A stretch of DNA of 36,187 bases from IMG/VR virus record IMGVR_UViG_2778261630_000008, positions 1 to 36,187 of that record, one strand, 5' to 3'. Made by a program: the position numbers and the translations under genes. This document shows, piece after piece, positions 9,498 through 19,412 of this stretch (within the stretch, counting starts at the first letter, position 1; every line of letters starts with the position of its first letter). This stretch comes from a virus (Duplodnaviria > Heunggongvirae > Uroviricota > Caudoviricetes). The notes beneath the pieces were generated by a model. The model saw only the letters and a program-made list of their open reading frames with translations, did no database searches and was not told the DNA's origin.

Positions 9498-9543
9498 AAC
9501 CGCAGGCGGGGAAAGCCTTCATTCAAGGCTGTAGGTTTGTGCC

Positions 9544-11310
9544 ATGAACACCACACTGACACCCGCAGATCTCGATCCCCGTCGGCAGGCCATGCTGCTG
9601 TACTTTCAGGGATACCGCGTAGCCCGCATTGCTGAAATGCTGGGCGAGAAAGTTGCAACCGTTCACAGCTGGAAGAAACGCGACAAGTGGGGTGACTATG
9701 GGCCGCTGGATCAGATGCAGCTCACCACCGCCGCACGTTACTGCCAGCTCATTATGAAGGAGCACAAAGAAGGGAAAGATTTCAAAGAAATTGACCTGCT
9801 GGCGCGCCAGTCGGAGCGCCACGCGCGGATCGGCAAGTTTAACAATGGCGGCAACGAAGCCGACTTAAACCCTAACGTCGCCAACCGCAACAAAGGCCCG
9901 CGCCGTCAGCCGGAAAAGAATGTTTTCACCGATGAACAGATAGAGAAACTGGAAGAAATCTTCCATTCCTCCATGTTCAACTACCAGCGCCACTGGTGGG
10001 AAGCCGGAAAAACCAACCGCATCCGCAACCTGCTGAAGTCACGCCAGATCGGCGCGACCTTTTACTTTGCCCGTGAAGCCCTGATTGACGCCCTGCTTAC
10101 CGGACGTAACCAGATTTTCCTTTCTGCCAGTAAGGCACAGGCTCACGTCTTTAAGCAGTACATCATCGACTTCGCCAAAGAAGTCGAGGTGGAGCTGAAA
10201 GGCGATCCGATGGTGCTTCCTAACGGGGCCACGCTTTACTTCCTCGGTACCAATGCCCGCACGGCGCAGAGTTACCACGGCAACCTGTATCTGGATGAAT
10301 ATTTCTGGATACCGAAATTCCAGGAGTTGCGCAAAGTGGCTTCCGGTATGGCTATTCACAAGAAATGGCGACAAACCTATTTTTCCACGCCATCCAGCCT
10401 GACCCACAGTGCTTATCCGTTCTGGTCCGGTGCGCTGTTCAACCGTGGACGCAACAAAGCTGACAAGGTGGACATCGACCTGTCCCACAGCAATCTGGCC
10501 CCCGGCCTACTGTGCGCAGACGGGCAATACCGCCAGATAGTCACCGTGGAAGATGCGGTGCGCGGCGGCTGTAACCTGTTCGACCTCGACCAGCTGCGCA
10601 TGGAGTACAGCCCGGACGAATACCAGAACCTGCTGATGTGCGAGTTCGTGGACGATCTCGCGTCCGTGTTCCCGCTCAGCGAACTGCAGGCGTGCATGGT
10701 GGACAGCTGGGAAGTCTGGACCGACTTTCATGCACTGGCCCTGCGCCCGTTTGGCTGGCGCGAAGTGTGGATCGGTTATGACCCGGCAAAAGGTACGCAG
10801 AACGGCGACAGTGCCGGATGCGTGGTGGTGGCTCCGCCAGCCGTGCCGGGTGGTAAGTTCCGCATTCTTGAGCGTCACCAGTGGCGCGGGATGGACTTCC
10901 GCGCCCAGGCTGACGCCATCAAAAAACTGACCGAACAGTATAACGTGACCTATATCGGTATCGACTCGACCGGCGTCGGTCACGGGGTTTACGAGAACGT
11001 GAAAGCGTTTTTTCCTGCCGTCAGGGAGTTTGTCTATAACCCCAACGTTAAAAACGCCCTGGTACTCAAGGCCTACGACATTATCAGCCACCGCCGTCTG
11101 GAGTTTGACGCCGGGCACACCGACATTGCGCAGTCATTTATGGCAATCCGTCGCGCTACCACTGCCAGTGGCAACCGCCCGACCTATGAAGCCAGCCGCA
11201 GCGAAGAAGCCAGCCATGCCGATCTGGCCTGGGCAACAATGCACGCACTGTTTAACGAACCGCTGCAGGGCGAGTCCGCCAATACCAGCAATATTGTGGA
11301 GATTTTTTGA
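9544..11310 (+). CDS. P: terminase ATPase (large) subunit
   Basis: 588 aa; divergent from O as in P2; stop overlaps Q start (TGATG). Confidence 0.95.
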   Translation: MNTTLTPADLDPRRQAMLLYFQGYRVARIAEMLGEKVATVHSWKKRDKWGDYGPLDQMQLTTAARYCQLIMKEHKEGKDFKEIDLLARQSERHARIGKFNNGGNEADLNPNVANRNKGPRRQPEKNVFTDEQIEKLEEIFHSSMFNYQRHWWEAGKTNRIRNLLKSRQIGATFYFAREALIDALLTGRNQIFLSASKAQAHVFKQYIIDFAKEVEVELKGDPMVLPNGATLYFLGTNARTAQSYHGNLYLDEYFWIPKFQELRKVASGMAIHKKWRQTYFSTPSSLTHSAYPFWSGALFNRGRNKADKVDIDLSHSNLAPGLLCADGQYRQIVTVEDAVRGGCNLFDLDQLRMEYSPDEYQNLLMCEFVDDLASVFPLSELQACMVDSWEVWTDFHALALRPFGWREVWIGYDPAKGTQNGDSAGCVVVAPPAVPGGKFRILERHQWRGMDFRAQADAIKKLTEQYNVTYIGIDSTGVGHGVYENVKAFFPAVREFVYNPNVKNALVLKAYDIISHRRLEFDAGHTDIAQSFMAIRRATTASGNRPTYEASRSEEASHADLAWATMHALFNEPLQGESANTSNIVEIF

Positions 11311-12344
11311 TGGGAAAGAGTAAGAAGAACCGCGCTGCGTCGACGAAACAGATCCAGAATAAAAGCCAGACTTCAGCCGAAGCATTCAGCTTCGGTGATC
11401 CCGTTCCTGTTCTGGACCGCCGCGAACTGCTGGACTATGTGGAATGCGTACAGATGGATCGTTGGTACGAGCCGCCTGTGAGTTTCGACGGACTGGCGCG
11501 AACCTTCCGCGCCGCCGTGCATCACAGCTCACCGATTGCAGTGAAGTGCAACATTCTGACCAGCACCTACATCCCTCACCCGCTGCTCAGCCAGCAGGCT
11601 TTTTCGCGTTTTGTACAGGACTATCTGGTTTTTGGTAACGCCTACCTGGAGAAACGCACAAACCGCTTCGGTGAAGTTATCGCCCTTGAGCCTGCACTGG
11701 CAAAATACACCCGACGCGGGTTAGACCTTGATACCTACTGGTTTGTGCAATACGGCATGACTACGCAGCCGTATCAGTTCACGAAAGGCAACATTTTTCA
11801 TCTGATGGAACCGGACATCAACCAGGAGATCTACGGCCTGCCTGGTTATCTTTCTGCCATTCCGTCAGCTCTGCTCAACGAGTCCGCCACGCTGTTCCGC
11901 CGCAAGTATTACATTAACGGCAGTCATGCAGGCTTCATCATGTACATGACCGATGCAGCGCAGAACCAGGAGGATGTGAACAACCTCCGCAATGCGATGA
12001 AAAGCGCCAAAGGTCCTGGTAACTTCCGTAACCTGTTTATGTACTCGCCTAACGGTAAAAAGGACGGGCTTCAGATTATCCCGTTGTCAGAAGTGGCGGC
12101 GAAGGATGAGTTCCTGAATATCAAGAACGTGAGCCGGGACGACATGATGGCGGCGCATCGTGTGCCGCCACAAATGATGGGGATAATGCCTAATAATGTC
12201 GGGGGGTTTGGGGATGTGGAGAAGGCCAGTCGCGTATTTGTACGTAATGAATTAACGCCCTTGCAAAAAAGGCTACAAGAGCTGAACGACTGGCTGGGCG
12301 AAGAAGTGATTAAATTTACGCCCTATATTCTTTCAGAAGAATAA
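11310..12344 (+). CDS. Q: portal protein
   Basis: ORF-track start 11307 is TTG; ATG at 11310 gives 344 aa, the P2 gpQ length. Confidence 0.95.
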   Translation: MGKSKKNRAASTKQIQNKSQTSAEAFSFGDPVPVLDRRELLDYVECVQMDRWYEPPVSFDGLARTFRAAVHHSSPIAVKCNILTSTYIPHPLLSQQAFSRFVQDYLVFGNAYLEKRTNRFGEVIALEPALAKYTRRGLDLDTYWFVQYGMTTQPYQFTKGNIFHLMEPDINQEIYGLPGYLSAIPSALLNESATLFRRKYYINGSHAGFIMYMTDAAQNQEDVNNLRNAMKSAKGPGNFRNLFMYSPNGKKDGLQIIPLSEVAAKDEFLNIKNVSRDDMMAAHRVPPQMMGIMPNNVGGFGDVEKASRVFVRNELTPLQKRLQELNDWLGEEVIKFTPYILSEE

Positions 12345-12352
12345 TTCCGAAC

Positions 12353-13051
12353 TTATTTGTTTCTTCTTTGTTCACGCCTTGTCTTGGCTTCGATAAGGCG
12401 TTGAGGTTCAGTGTAAAGCCGTTCTAAAAAAAGATAGGTAAAATCTTCAAGATCCTCAGCAGCAGCTTTATCCAAAATACCTTCATGCGCTCCATCATTT
12501 CCGTCATCTTTAACGCATTCAGCTAGTTCCCTTAAAGCTTCAGGCAGTAGATGATTATCAAATAACCACTCCATTCTTAACCCTAGGCTTCTCCTTATTT
12601 TTTGCGCAGGCCCTTGCTCCCCATCAGGAAGAAGTCCTTTTGTGGCATAATCAAGGCAAAGCCTAAACATGGTTGCTGCTGCATTATAACAACCTATAGC
12701 CAAACATTTCGCCCCTTCCTCATATGCACTATTGATATGCTCAGGTAAGAACTCTGGTGGCTCCTCTACTGCTAAGTCTGCCGGTGATATAGGCCTAACA
12801 ACCTCTGCAACTTCCTTTAAGCCGAATATTCCACTTTCCCAATTATAGCCATCTAAAGTTTTATTTTTCGTTAAAGGTCTGCAAAGAAACATTGTCGTTT
12901 TATGACACTCTCGGCAAACACAATAGACCTCGTACTCGTATGTTTTACCCCCGCCCAATGCATTGTAAACCCTAGTGCAATTCAGCCCATTAACATCAAA
13001 CGCTATTTTTTGTGATCCACATCGTGGACAGTCATCTACTAACATAACCAT
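12353..13051 (-). CDS. cargo protein, 232 aa: N-terminal 4-Cys zinc ribbon plus helical C-terminal domain (possibly DUF4145-like); function unknown
   Basis: ATG 13051 with GGGAGGAG RBS; CPRC...CVCRECH cysteine pairs; more AT-rich than the phage backbone; inserted between the portal stop and cos. Confidence 0.6.
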   Translation of the reverse strand: MVMLVDDCPRCGSQKIAFDVNGLNCTRVYNALGGGKTYEYEVYCVCRECHKTTMFLCRPLTKNKTLDGYNWESGIFGLKEVAEVVRPISPADLAVEEPPEFLPEHINSAYEEGAKCLAIGCYNAAATMFRLCLDYATKGLLPDGEQGPAQKIRRSLGLRMEWLFDNHLLPEALRELAECVKDDGNDGAHEGILDKAAAEDLEDFTYLFLERLYTEPQRLIEAKTRREQRRNK

Positions 13052-13160
13052 GTCAATTACTCCTCCCTATGAAAAAAATGAGTTGAAAAATTGAATATTC
13101 ACGACTTAAAAAGCTAGCCTATTTAACACCATAATTTCATTAATTCAACCATGAGCGCGC

Positions 13161-13180
13161 GCTCGTATCCCCGCCACGCC
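13161..13180. other. cos site of the prophage (186-type variant)
   Basis: Minus-strand GGCGTGGCGGGGATACGAGC shares the first 13 nt with the 186 cohesive end as I recall it; the flanks align base-for-base with the satellite cos region at 27011..27060. Confidence 0.55.
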
Positions 13181-13225
13181 TGCCCGCTTTATGTAGTGGT
13201 TTTCATGCACCTGCATGATCTACGC

Positions 13226-13250
13226 AAAAGCCCGCCAGAACTGGGCGGGC
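13226..13250 (-). terminator. rho-independent terminator downstream of the 433-aa cargo gene
   Basis: GCCCGCC / GGCGGGC stem (13230..13236 with 13244..13250) followed on the minus strand by TTTT. Confidence 0.5.
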
Positions 13251-13475
13251 CTTAGCAAAAACGATCCTCAAACGATCATGCAATATCATGCACTAAAGAC
13301 ATGCACTAACAAGTGAAACTCCGTATCCAAATGACCACTTGCGAAACATTCGAATTAATAAAGCTAAAGATCTGCAGCGCTCGAGATGCGGTCGTTAGTT
13401 TAAGAAGCTTATTAGTGCATTAGAGTTATGAGATCGTTTGACATAGGGGCTCATAAGTGTTGCTACTTCTTATAT

Positions 13476-14777
13476 TTATTCGGTTAAATTTTTCAATGGC
13501 GCACCTGGAAGATGATGATGAACAAACTTACCTTTATATTCAATATGATAGCAAAGTAACATATAGAACAATGTTAGGCATGAGTTATAATTTTTAACAT
13601 TTTCTTGCCAAGAATGTTCTTTAAAATGTTTTGCGTGCGCAGATCTATTTCTTGCTTTATACCAAGTTGTAGCTAACTCTTCTGGAAAAAATCCTTTTTT
13701 TGCCATATTAAAAAGAGTTCCTTTGACCGAGGATCTTCCACCTTTTTCTAGCAATTGAATAATCGAAGATTTAACTCTCTCGTTTATTTCAAGGTTTTCT
13801 ATCACAGGCTTAGACTCACAACATAAACTGGAAAACTCAACATCTTCTATTTTAAAAGTAGAGTAAAATTTATTTATTACACCTTCAATTGAAACAGTTA
13901 GACTGAGAGTTTCATTTTCTAAATCAGATTGATGAGCATTAAATATCTTTCTCCAATAATAGTAAAAGGTTTTATCAGTCTCGAATTTTTTAATGTATGC
14001 TTGCGAAAATTGCACCCATTCATTTAGATAATATGGAGCTCTTTGAGGAATAAAAGTCATCAGCCTCTGTTTTTCTTTATTATCAATATGCTTAAATATC
14101 AATAACCTACTGTCATTCCCTTGCCACAACACTAAAGCAGGATTGAGTAGAACCCCAGATGCAACGGACAATGAATCTAGAATACTTTTAGCATATAAAT
14201 AAGAAAAATCATCATCAGAATCAAGACAAATCCTAGTGTATTTATCCTCTAAAAGAATGCTAACATTTATATTATTCAACGAAAATACGGATCTCGTCCT
14301 ACGCTTCCCTTCCTCACCTAAGTCTTGAAATTCATTACAAGGGATATTAATTTTTTGCGGGATGAAAAATATTACTTTATGTTTTTTAAAATCCCCATCT
14401 ATTTTTCTTTTTATTTCATAAAGCTCACAATCAATGCTTACCCCTTGTTGTGAAGCATTGATATTTACATATGGGTCAACATCTTTTGCTTGCCATAAAT
14501 ACCCATTCAAATCAATCGCATTCATAGAAAAAAGATATTCACTACCGATGATTTCTCCATAATCAAGATGATTATATGTTGGGCATGTGCTAAATTGAGC
14601 ATCAGTTTCTTTATGTAAGAACTTTAGATGAATTTTATTATTTTTATAATAAAAAAATCCAGAACCTGTAAACATTTTTGGATTTTCATTAGTTTGTTGT
14701 GTGAGAGTCACCTCAATTAATTCATGAGTAAATGAACCAGCCAATAGTTCTTCAATTTTTTCTTTAACAATGTTCAC
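13476..14777 (-). CDS. cargo protein, 433 aa, strongly AT-rich; C-terminal HEPN-like R-N-x3-H motif; candidate anti-phage / abortive-infection effector
   Basis: GTG 14777 with AAGGAAGGA RBS; motif WYKARNRSAHAKHF near the C-terminus; sits at the cos-to-gene-A accessory locus (old/tin position of P2); composition contrasts with the backbone. Confidence 0.7.
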   Translation of the reverse strand: MNIVKEKIEELLAGSFTHELIEVTLTQQTNENPKMFTGSGFFYYKNNKIHLKFLHKETDAQFSTCPTYNHLDYGEIIGSEYLFSMNAIDLNGYLWQAKDVDPYVNINASQQGVSIDCELYEIKRKIDGDFKKHKVIFFIPQKINIPCNEFQDLGEEGKRRTRSVFSLNNINVSILLEDKYTRICLDSDDDFSYLYAKSILDSLSVASGVLLNPALVLWQGNDSRLLIFKHIDNKEKQRLMTFIPQRAPYYLNEWVQFSQAYIKKFETDKTFYYYWRKIFNAHQSDLENETLSLTVSIEGVINKFYSTFKIEDVEFSSLCCESKPVIENLEINERVKSSIIQLLEKGGRSSVKGTLFNMAKKGFFPEELATTWYKARNRSAHAKHFKEHSWQENVKNYNSCLTLFYMLLCYHIEYKGKFVHHHLPGAPLKNLTE

Positions 14778-15034
14778 TAACTATCCTTCCTTCATATATA
14801 ATATCAACAATCATCACCACATCTTATATCCACTTTTCCTAAGTTTCAAACTAATCATGTTATAAGGCTCAGTTTGATTTATACATTTTTATTCTCAATT
14901 GAGTTTTAGCAATGCCCGCTTCTAATACACTGCTGATGATCACTTATCAAAGCGATCACGACATCTAACACCTCATTTCACTCGTTGTTCTATTTTATCC
15001 CCATCAGAATGAATCTTCTGGGGAGCAACGTTTC

Positions 15035-15268
15035 TTAATGCAGCCAGCTGTCGTCTTCCCACACCTTCTGCATAATTTTCATCACTTGTTTTCTTTCTTC
15101 ATCCAGTTGCAGTCCGGTTAGTTCCACACCGTTAGAGCTACCTTTGCGAATGCGAATTACCGTTTTGGGATACAGGGGGCGCAGATTGCGGTAAAGCTCG
15201 GATTCAAGGGCGTTCAGGGTAGACTGGCTAATCTTCTGCTCTTTATCGATCATTATTTCAATGCGCAT
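15035..15268 (-). CDS. DinI-family protein
   Basis: ATG 15268 with GAGGTGA RBS; 77 aa (MRIEIMIDK...VWEDDSWLH) resembling DinI as recalled; second gene of a LexA-box operon. Confidence 0.8.
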   Translation of the reverse strand: MRIEIMIDKEQKISQSTLNALESELYRNLRPLYPKTVIRIRKGSSNGVELTGLQLDEERKQVMKIMQKVWEDDSWLH

Positions 15269-15278
15269 AAAAGTCACC

Positions 15279-15467
15279 TCAGCTGATGACATCCATTGAG
15301 CGGTTGTATTCGTGGCTTCTGATTTTTGCCATGAGTTCATCAGTCAATTCAGAAACCCACTGCAGAGCCAGCCCCTTCTCTTCATCACTACACTCACTAG
15401 CCGCTACAAGCTTAAGAAAAAAATCAATGCGCTGGAGCTTCAAAGACTCCAAAAAATAGTCCTGCAT
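15279..15467 (-). CDS. small SOS-operon protein at the Tum (antirepressor) position of 186
   Basis: 62-aa ORF, ATG 15467 with AGGAGGAA RBS, ~40 bp downstream of a LexA box; function inferred from position only. Confidence 0.5.
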   Translation of the reverse strand: MQDYFLESLKLQRIDFFLKLVAASECSDEEKGLALQWVSELTDELMAKIRSHEYNRSMDVIS

Positions 15468-15509
15468 CTTTCCTCCTATAACACCAAAACGATACTGTAT
15501 AGATAACCA

Positions 15510-15525
15510 CTGTTTATATTTACAG
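15510..15525 (-). promoter_or_regulatory. LexA box (CTGT-N8-ACAG)
   Basis: CTGTTTATATTTACAG: exact CTGT, 8 A/T-rich nt, ACAG, upstream of the orf62/DinI-like operon. Confidence 0.65.
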
Positions 15526-15619
15526 CATATAATAATCTTACTGATGTAAAACGTTTTTTTACGTTCATCAGCCTGATATGCCTGGTATTATTAAGAGCAC
15601 GAATTGTTAACCCGCGTAA

Positions 15620-18034
15620 TTAATACAGGTTCCGCCACTTATCATCTTCCTGCAAACGCTGGTTCCGATAGAAGACACGCAGGCCTGCTCCTGACGGAAT
15701 ACTGCCGCCGCGAAGGAGTAAATCGACCTCTTTCTCGCTGCCATCAAATCCTCTGGACTTCAGTTCATAGACGAGCTGCTGTCGCTGATGGTCTGTAATT
15801 CGCTGTTTGTAGTCTTTACGCCGTTTCGGTTTCACCTGGCGTAACCTTGCAGCCAGTTCCCGGCGCTCTTTTTTGCTCATACTGTGCAGGTAATCGTGCA
15901 ACTCCTTGTCATTCATACGGGTAATATCCGTTCTGGAGTCCCCATCAGCTGATTTGTCTTTCCCTTGTTGGTTCAAATTTTCAGCAAGGGGACAGTTATT
16001 GCCACGAGTCCAAGGGGCGCAAGCGCCCTGGTCGGCTGCCGCCTCCTGAACGTCAACGGCCTTACGAACCATTTTCCACTTCACTGCATGAGTGCAGATC
16101 TTGCCCTCTGCAATGGGTGACCAGATGCCATAAATACGAATACCGTGATCGCCATAGGCGGTTGGCTCTTCGTTGATTTCATAAGCGGTTCTGATGAGGT
16201 GATATTTGCGGGGAACCAGTACGCCGCCCTGCTTCATGATGTAGGTGGCAAAACAACCAGCATCAGCAGCAGCCAGGATGGCATCAAGGCGCGGGTTATC
16301 CAGTACCGGCGCACCTGCTTTTTTGTCACCCTGTTGCCTTGCCGCCTGACCAGCCAGCAATCGCAGTTCACGGTAAGCCTGACGCCCCGGAATGCCAAAG
16401 AAGCGGAATTGCTGAACACGATGCAGAGACGCCCAGGCATTAACATATTCAGCGTTATCACGCAGGGATTTACCCGTTTCCTTACTGATCTCGCCAGCCA
16501 GACCACGCCCGTCAATATTCTTACTGATATATTTCGCAATGTAGCTTGTCGGCGTTCCTTTGCGCGGGTTTATCAGCTCAGACTTAAAGCGTGGCCCCGT
16601 GTTATTGCCCAGCTCCTCGCGGTCTTCTCGGATGGCAAACTTACGCAACAATGCAGTAATGGCGCGGCGGTCTTTTTTGCGCATGAAACACAACAGGTGC
16701 CAGTGAACTGTGCCGTCATGATGCGGCTCAGCCACCCGCACGCCATACCAGCGCAACCCGGCTTTGTGCATAGCCTTACGAAATGCAGCAAACATGCCGA
16801 CCAGATAATCGCTGCTTTGTCTTACTGTCGCGTTGGTCCAGGTCGGGTTTGGCCTGCCGTTATTTAGCGTGGAATGGAAACGTGACGGACAGGTGATGGT
16901 GTAGAAAACGGCGCAGTCACCACGCATTTCCGCGATAAGCTCCAGGCCTTTAACACAGGCCATCATCTCGTTGCGGCGATGCGCCGGGTTGCTGCTGCTG
17001 GCGTTTACCACATCCTCCATGTTCAGCGTGTCGCCGTCTTCGTTCACCAGTTCATGAGAACGGAAAAACTCCAGCGACTTACGGCGCTGCTCACGTTTAT
17101 GCATCACGGCTTCATAGCTGACATAGGGAGATGCTTTTTTGCTGACCAGGCAGACAGCACGCAACTGCTCTTCCCGCCATTCGCAACGCATCTTCCATAA
17201 TTTCCGATACCACCAGTCGGCGCACAGCATACGCGCCAGCGAACCCGGAATGAGTTCATAAGGCACAGGTTTGCGGCGGTTTCTTTTCCGGCGGAGTTGC
17301 TCAAACGCAGGCGGTATGACATCCAGTCGCAGGGTTTCTGCAGCCACCTTTTCCCATGTCTTGCGGATTTCTTCTGGCTTAACATCATCGGAGGCGTACA
17401 AATCACCACAAGCGGCATCAAGACACATGCTCATATGCGCAGCGACAAGGGTAGACAGGCGTTTCACCTGATCCTGACTCATTTCAGGCAGGATCAGCAG
17501 ACCGTCCAGCCCTTCATGGCTTGCCATAAAACGAAAAGATGCAGATAGCTGGCTGTCGCGTACATGCTCCAGTCGTTCCAGACATGGCTTAATCGTCTCA
17601 CGCAAATAGCGGGAATAAGCCTTTGGCCTGCCCAGGCTGCTGAAATATTCAATACGTTGCATCAGCGGCTTGCTGATATGGGAAGGCTGGGCGTTGACGT
17701 CAGCCAGAATGACCATATCCGGATTAAAACGCTGCTGCTCATGCGCCAGCTTTGCCCGGCTAATGAGCTTATCCTGCTCCATTTCGCGTTGGACAGGATC
17801 ACGGGATTCATTAAAGAAATAACGCTCCCAGACCTGATCACTCAGTGCCTCGCGGCGCAGTTGTTCCTGCTCGTTATCGGTAGCGTACAGAGTGATCAGG
17901 TTTGAAAGCGCAGAAACCGGCGCAACTTCCGCCGGGTCCAGATAAGGGTTAATGGCCTTTTTCGGGCTGTTCCATGAGAATGCTGCGGCGACCTTGTTAA
18001 AGCCGCTGCAGTTGTTCATATCAGCATGGCTCAT
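15620..18034 (-). CDS. A: replication initiation endonuclease (rolling-circle initiator)
   Basis: 804-aa ORF, convergent with Q across cos as in P2; start overlaps dam stop (ATGA). Confidence 0.95.
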   Translation of the reverse strand: MSHADMNNCSGFNKVAAAFSWNSPKKAINPYLDPAEVAPVSALSNLITLYATDNEQEQLRREALSDQVWERYFFNESRDPVQREMEQDKLISRAKLAHEQQRFNPDMVILADVNAQPSHISKPLMQRIEYFSSLGRPKAYSRYLRETIKPCLERLEHVRDSQLSASFRFMASHEGLDGLLILPEMSQDQVKRLSTLVAAHMSMCLDAACGDLYASDDVKPEEIRKTWEKVAAETLRLDVIPPAFEQLRRKRNRRKPVPYELIPGSLARMLCADWWYRKLWKMRCEWREEQLRAVCLVSKKASPYVSYEAVMHKREQRRKSLEFFRSHELVNEDGDTLNMEDVVNASSSNPAHRRNEMMACVKGLELIAEMRGDCAVFYTITCPSRFHSTLNNGRPNPTWTNATVRQSSDYLVGMFAAFRKAMHKAGLRWYGVRVAEPHHDGTVHWHLLCFMRKKDRRAITALLRKFAIREDREELGNNTGPRFKSELINPRKGTPTSYIAKYISKNIDGRGLAGEISKETGKSLRDNAEYVNAWASLHRVQQFRFFGIPGRQAYRELRLLAGQAARQQGDKKAGAPVLDNPRLDAILAAADAGCFATYIMKQGGVLVPRKYHLIRTAYEINEEPTAYGDHGIRIYGIWSPIAEGKICTHAVKWKMVRKAVDVQEAAADQGACAPWTRGNNCPLAENLNQQGKDKSADGDSRTDITRMNDKELHDYLHSMSKKERRELAARLRQVKPKRRKDYKQRITDHQRQQLVYELKSRGFDGSEKEVDLLLRGGSIPSGAGLRVFYRNQRLQEDDKWRNLY

Positions 18035-18888
18035 GCACGCACTCCGTACACGGCAGAACTATCCACGCCACGCGAAGGATCAAATCCCACCCAGCAGCGC
18101 GGCCCGGAAACAGCGATGATTTCTGTTGCAGATTTACTCTCACCAGCTGCTACACCGATGCTGCGTTTTGCCTTGATGTAGTGGTGAGTAAAATTGCGAT
18201 ACAGCGAACGGATCAGGGATGTATCACTGTTAGAAACAATGACCGGATGTCCTTCTGATGACCGATGTTCAAGAACGGATGCCAGGTGATACTGGTCATC
18301 TTCAGTGAAACCATCAGTGTGATAGCCGGAAAACGTACCGTCATACGGCGGATCGCAATACACCACATCCCCCACCTGCAGCATCGCCAGCGTTTCATCA
18401 AAGCTTGCGCAGATAAACGTTGCACGCTGGGCTTTCTCTGCAAATGCGCGAATTTCTTTTTCAGGGAAATACGGATTTTTATAATTACCGTAGGGAATGT
18501 TGAAATGCCCGCTCTTGTTATAGCGACATAAACCACGGTAACCGTGACGATTGAGATACAGGAAATATACCGCTTTCATGAAATCAGTAATTTCAGTGGA
18601 GTAATTAAACTCCTGCCTTATGTTGTAATAAGCCACCTCCCTGTTTGCGATCTCAAATAAAACTCTGGCGCGAGATATAAACGATTCACAATCAGAGGCA
18701 ACCTTTTTATAGAGGTTGATTAAATCAGGATTAATATCCGCAACCAGATAGCTGGGGTAATCCGTCTCCATCATCACAGCACAGGAACCCGCGAAAGGTT
18801 CAACCAGTCGCGGGCCAGCAGGAAGGTGTTTTTTCAGTTCGGACATAATGGCGGTTTTATTTCCCGCCCATTTCAGGATGGTGCTCAT
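18031..18888 (-). CDS. dam: DNA adenine methyltransferase (Dam-like)
   Basis: Start re-picked at ATG 18888 ([11 protein letters not shown]..., GGAGG RBS); N-terminal AdoMet-binding motif and DPPY catalytic motif. Confidence 0.9.
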   Translation of the reverse strand: MSTILKWAGNKTAIMSELKKHLPAGPRLVEPFAGSCAVMMETDYPSYLVADINPDLINLYKKVASDCESFISRARVLFEIANREVAYYNIRQEFNYSTEITDFMKAVYFLYLNRHGYRGLCRYNKSGHFNIPYGNYKNPYFPEKEIRAFAEKAQRATFICASFDETLAMLQVGDVVYCDPPYDGTFSGYHTDGFTEDDQYHLASVLEHRSSEGHPVIVSNSDTSLIRSLYRNFTHHYIKAKRSIGVAAGESKSATEIIAVSGPRCWVGFDPSRGVDSSAVYGVRA

Positions 18889-19112
18889 ACAGCACCTCCG
18901 TTGTAATGTTTGCCTTTCAGCTCTGCGATTTCCTGACAGGTAATGCAAAGCTGCACACCCGGAATGGCACGGCGGCGTGCTGGCGGAATTGGCGCTTCAC
19001 ACTCAACGCAAAGCACGCGGGACACGCCCGGCGTTTTGGCACGGGCAGCACGGATATGACGTTGGCGTTCTTCTTCAACTCGCTGCTGTACGAGATCCAT
19101 TGCATCAGCCAT
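18885..19112 (-). CDS. TraR/DksA-family C4 zinc-finger protein
   Basis: 75 aa with CVEC...CITC four-cysteine motif; early-operon position like P2 orf82. Confidence 0.8.
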   Translation of the reverse strand: MADAMDLVQQRVEEERQRHIRAARAKTPGVSRVLCVECEAPIPPARRRAIPGVQLCITCQEIAELKGKHYNGGAV

Positions 19113-19345
19113 CAGTGGATCTCCTGCGCTTCGTTCTGGATTGCTTCAGCAGTCACACGCAGCAGTTCTGCCGCTTCGACGTGGTTTAGTTGGCGGGATG
19201 TGATATGACACGCCAGGCTATCAAGGCGAGCTGCCATTGCTTCAGCCCTTGCCCGGCGTTCTTCCAGACGAGCCTCTGTCAGTAAAATATTAAGCCCTGC
19301 ATCATCCGGTCCGGTTTTAGTCGTGAGGGTTTCAATATTACGCAT
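19112..19345 (-). CDS. early-operon hypothetical protein
   Basis: ORF-track start is TTG; ATG 19345 has AGGAGA RBS; 77 aa. Confidence 0.55.
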   Translation of the reverse strand: MRNIETLTTKTGPDDAGLNILLTEARLEERRARAEAMAARLDSLACHITSRQLNHVEAAELLRVTAEAIQNEAQEIH

Positions 19346-19412
19346 AATCAATTCTCCTGAATTTAGATAAAGGGATGCCCGGCGGGTTTACGCCATTAAT
19401 TTCATTAGTTGG

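Noticed and set aside
10507-11118. 203-aa minus-strand ORF inside the terminase gene
   Set aside because: Antisense shadow of P
13200-13320. Repeated CATGCA(C) motif near the prophage cos as a defined packaging signal
   Set aside because: Five short copies are visible but the motif is only 6 bp and partly self-complementary; too little information to call a site without comparison to mapped P2/186 cos flanks
15268-15467. Possibility that orf62 and the DinI-like ORF are one frameshifted tum gene
   Set aside because: The 62-aa frame ends in TGA at 15281..15279, and 10 bp later the DinI-like gene starts at ATG 15268 with its own GAGGTGA RBS; two adjacent genes explain the sequence without invoking an error
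16145-16867. 240-aa plus-strand ORF (and others) inside gene A
   Set aside because: Antisense shadows of the 804-aa replication gene
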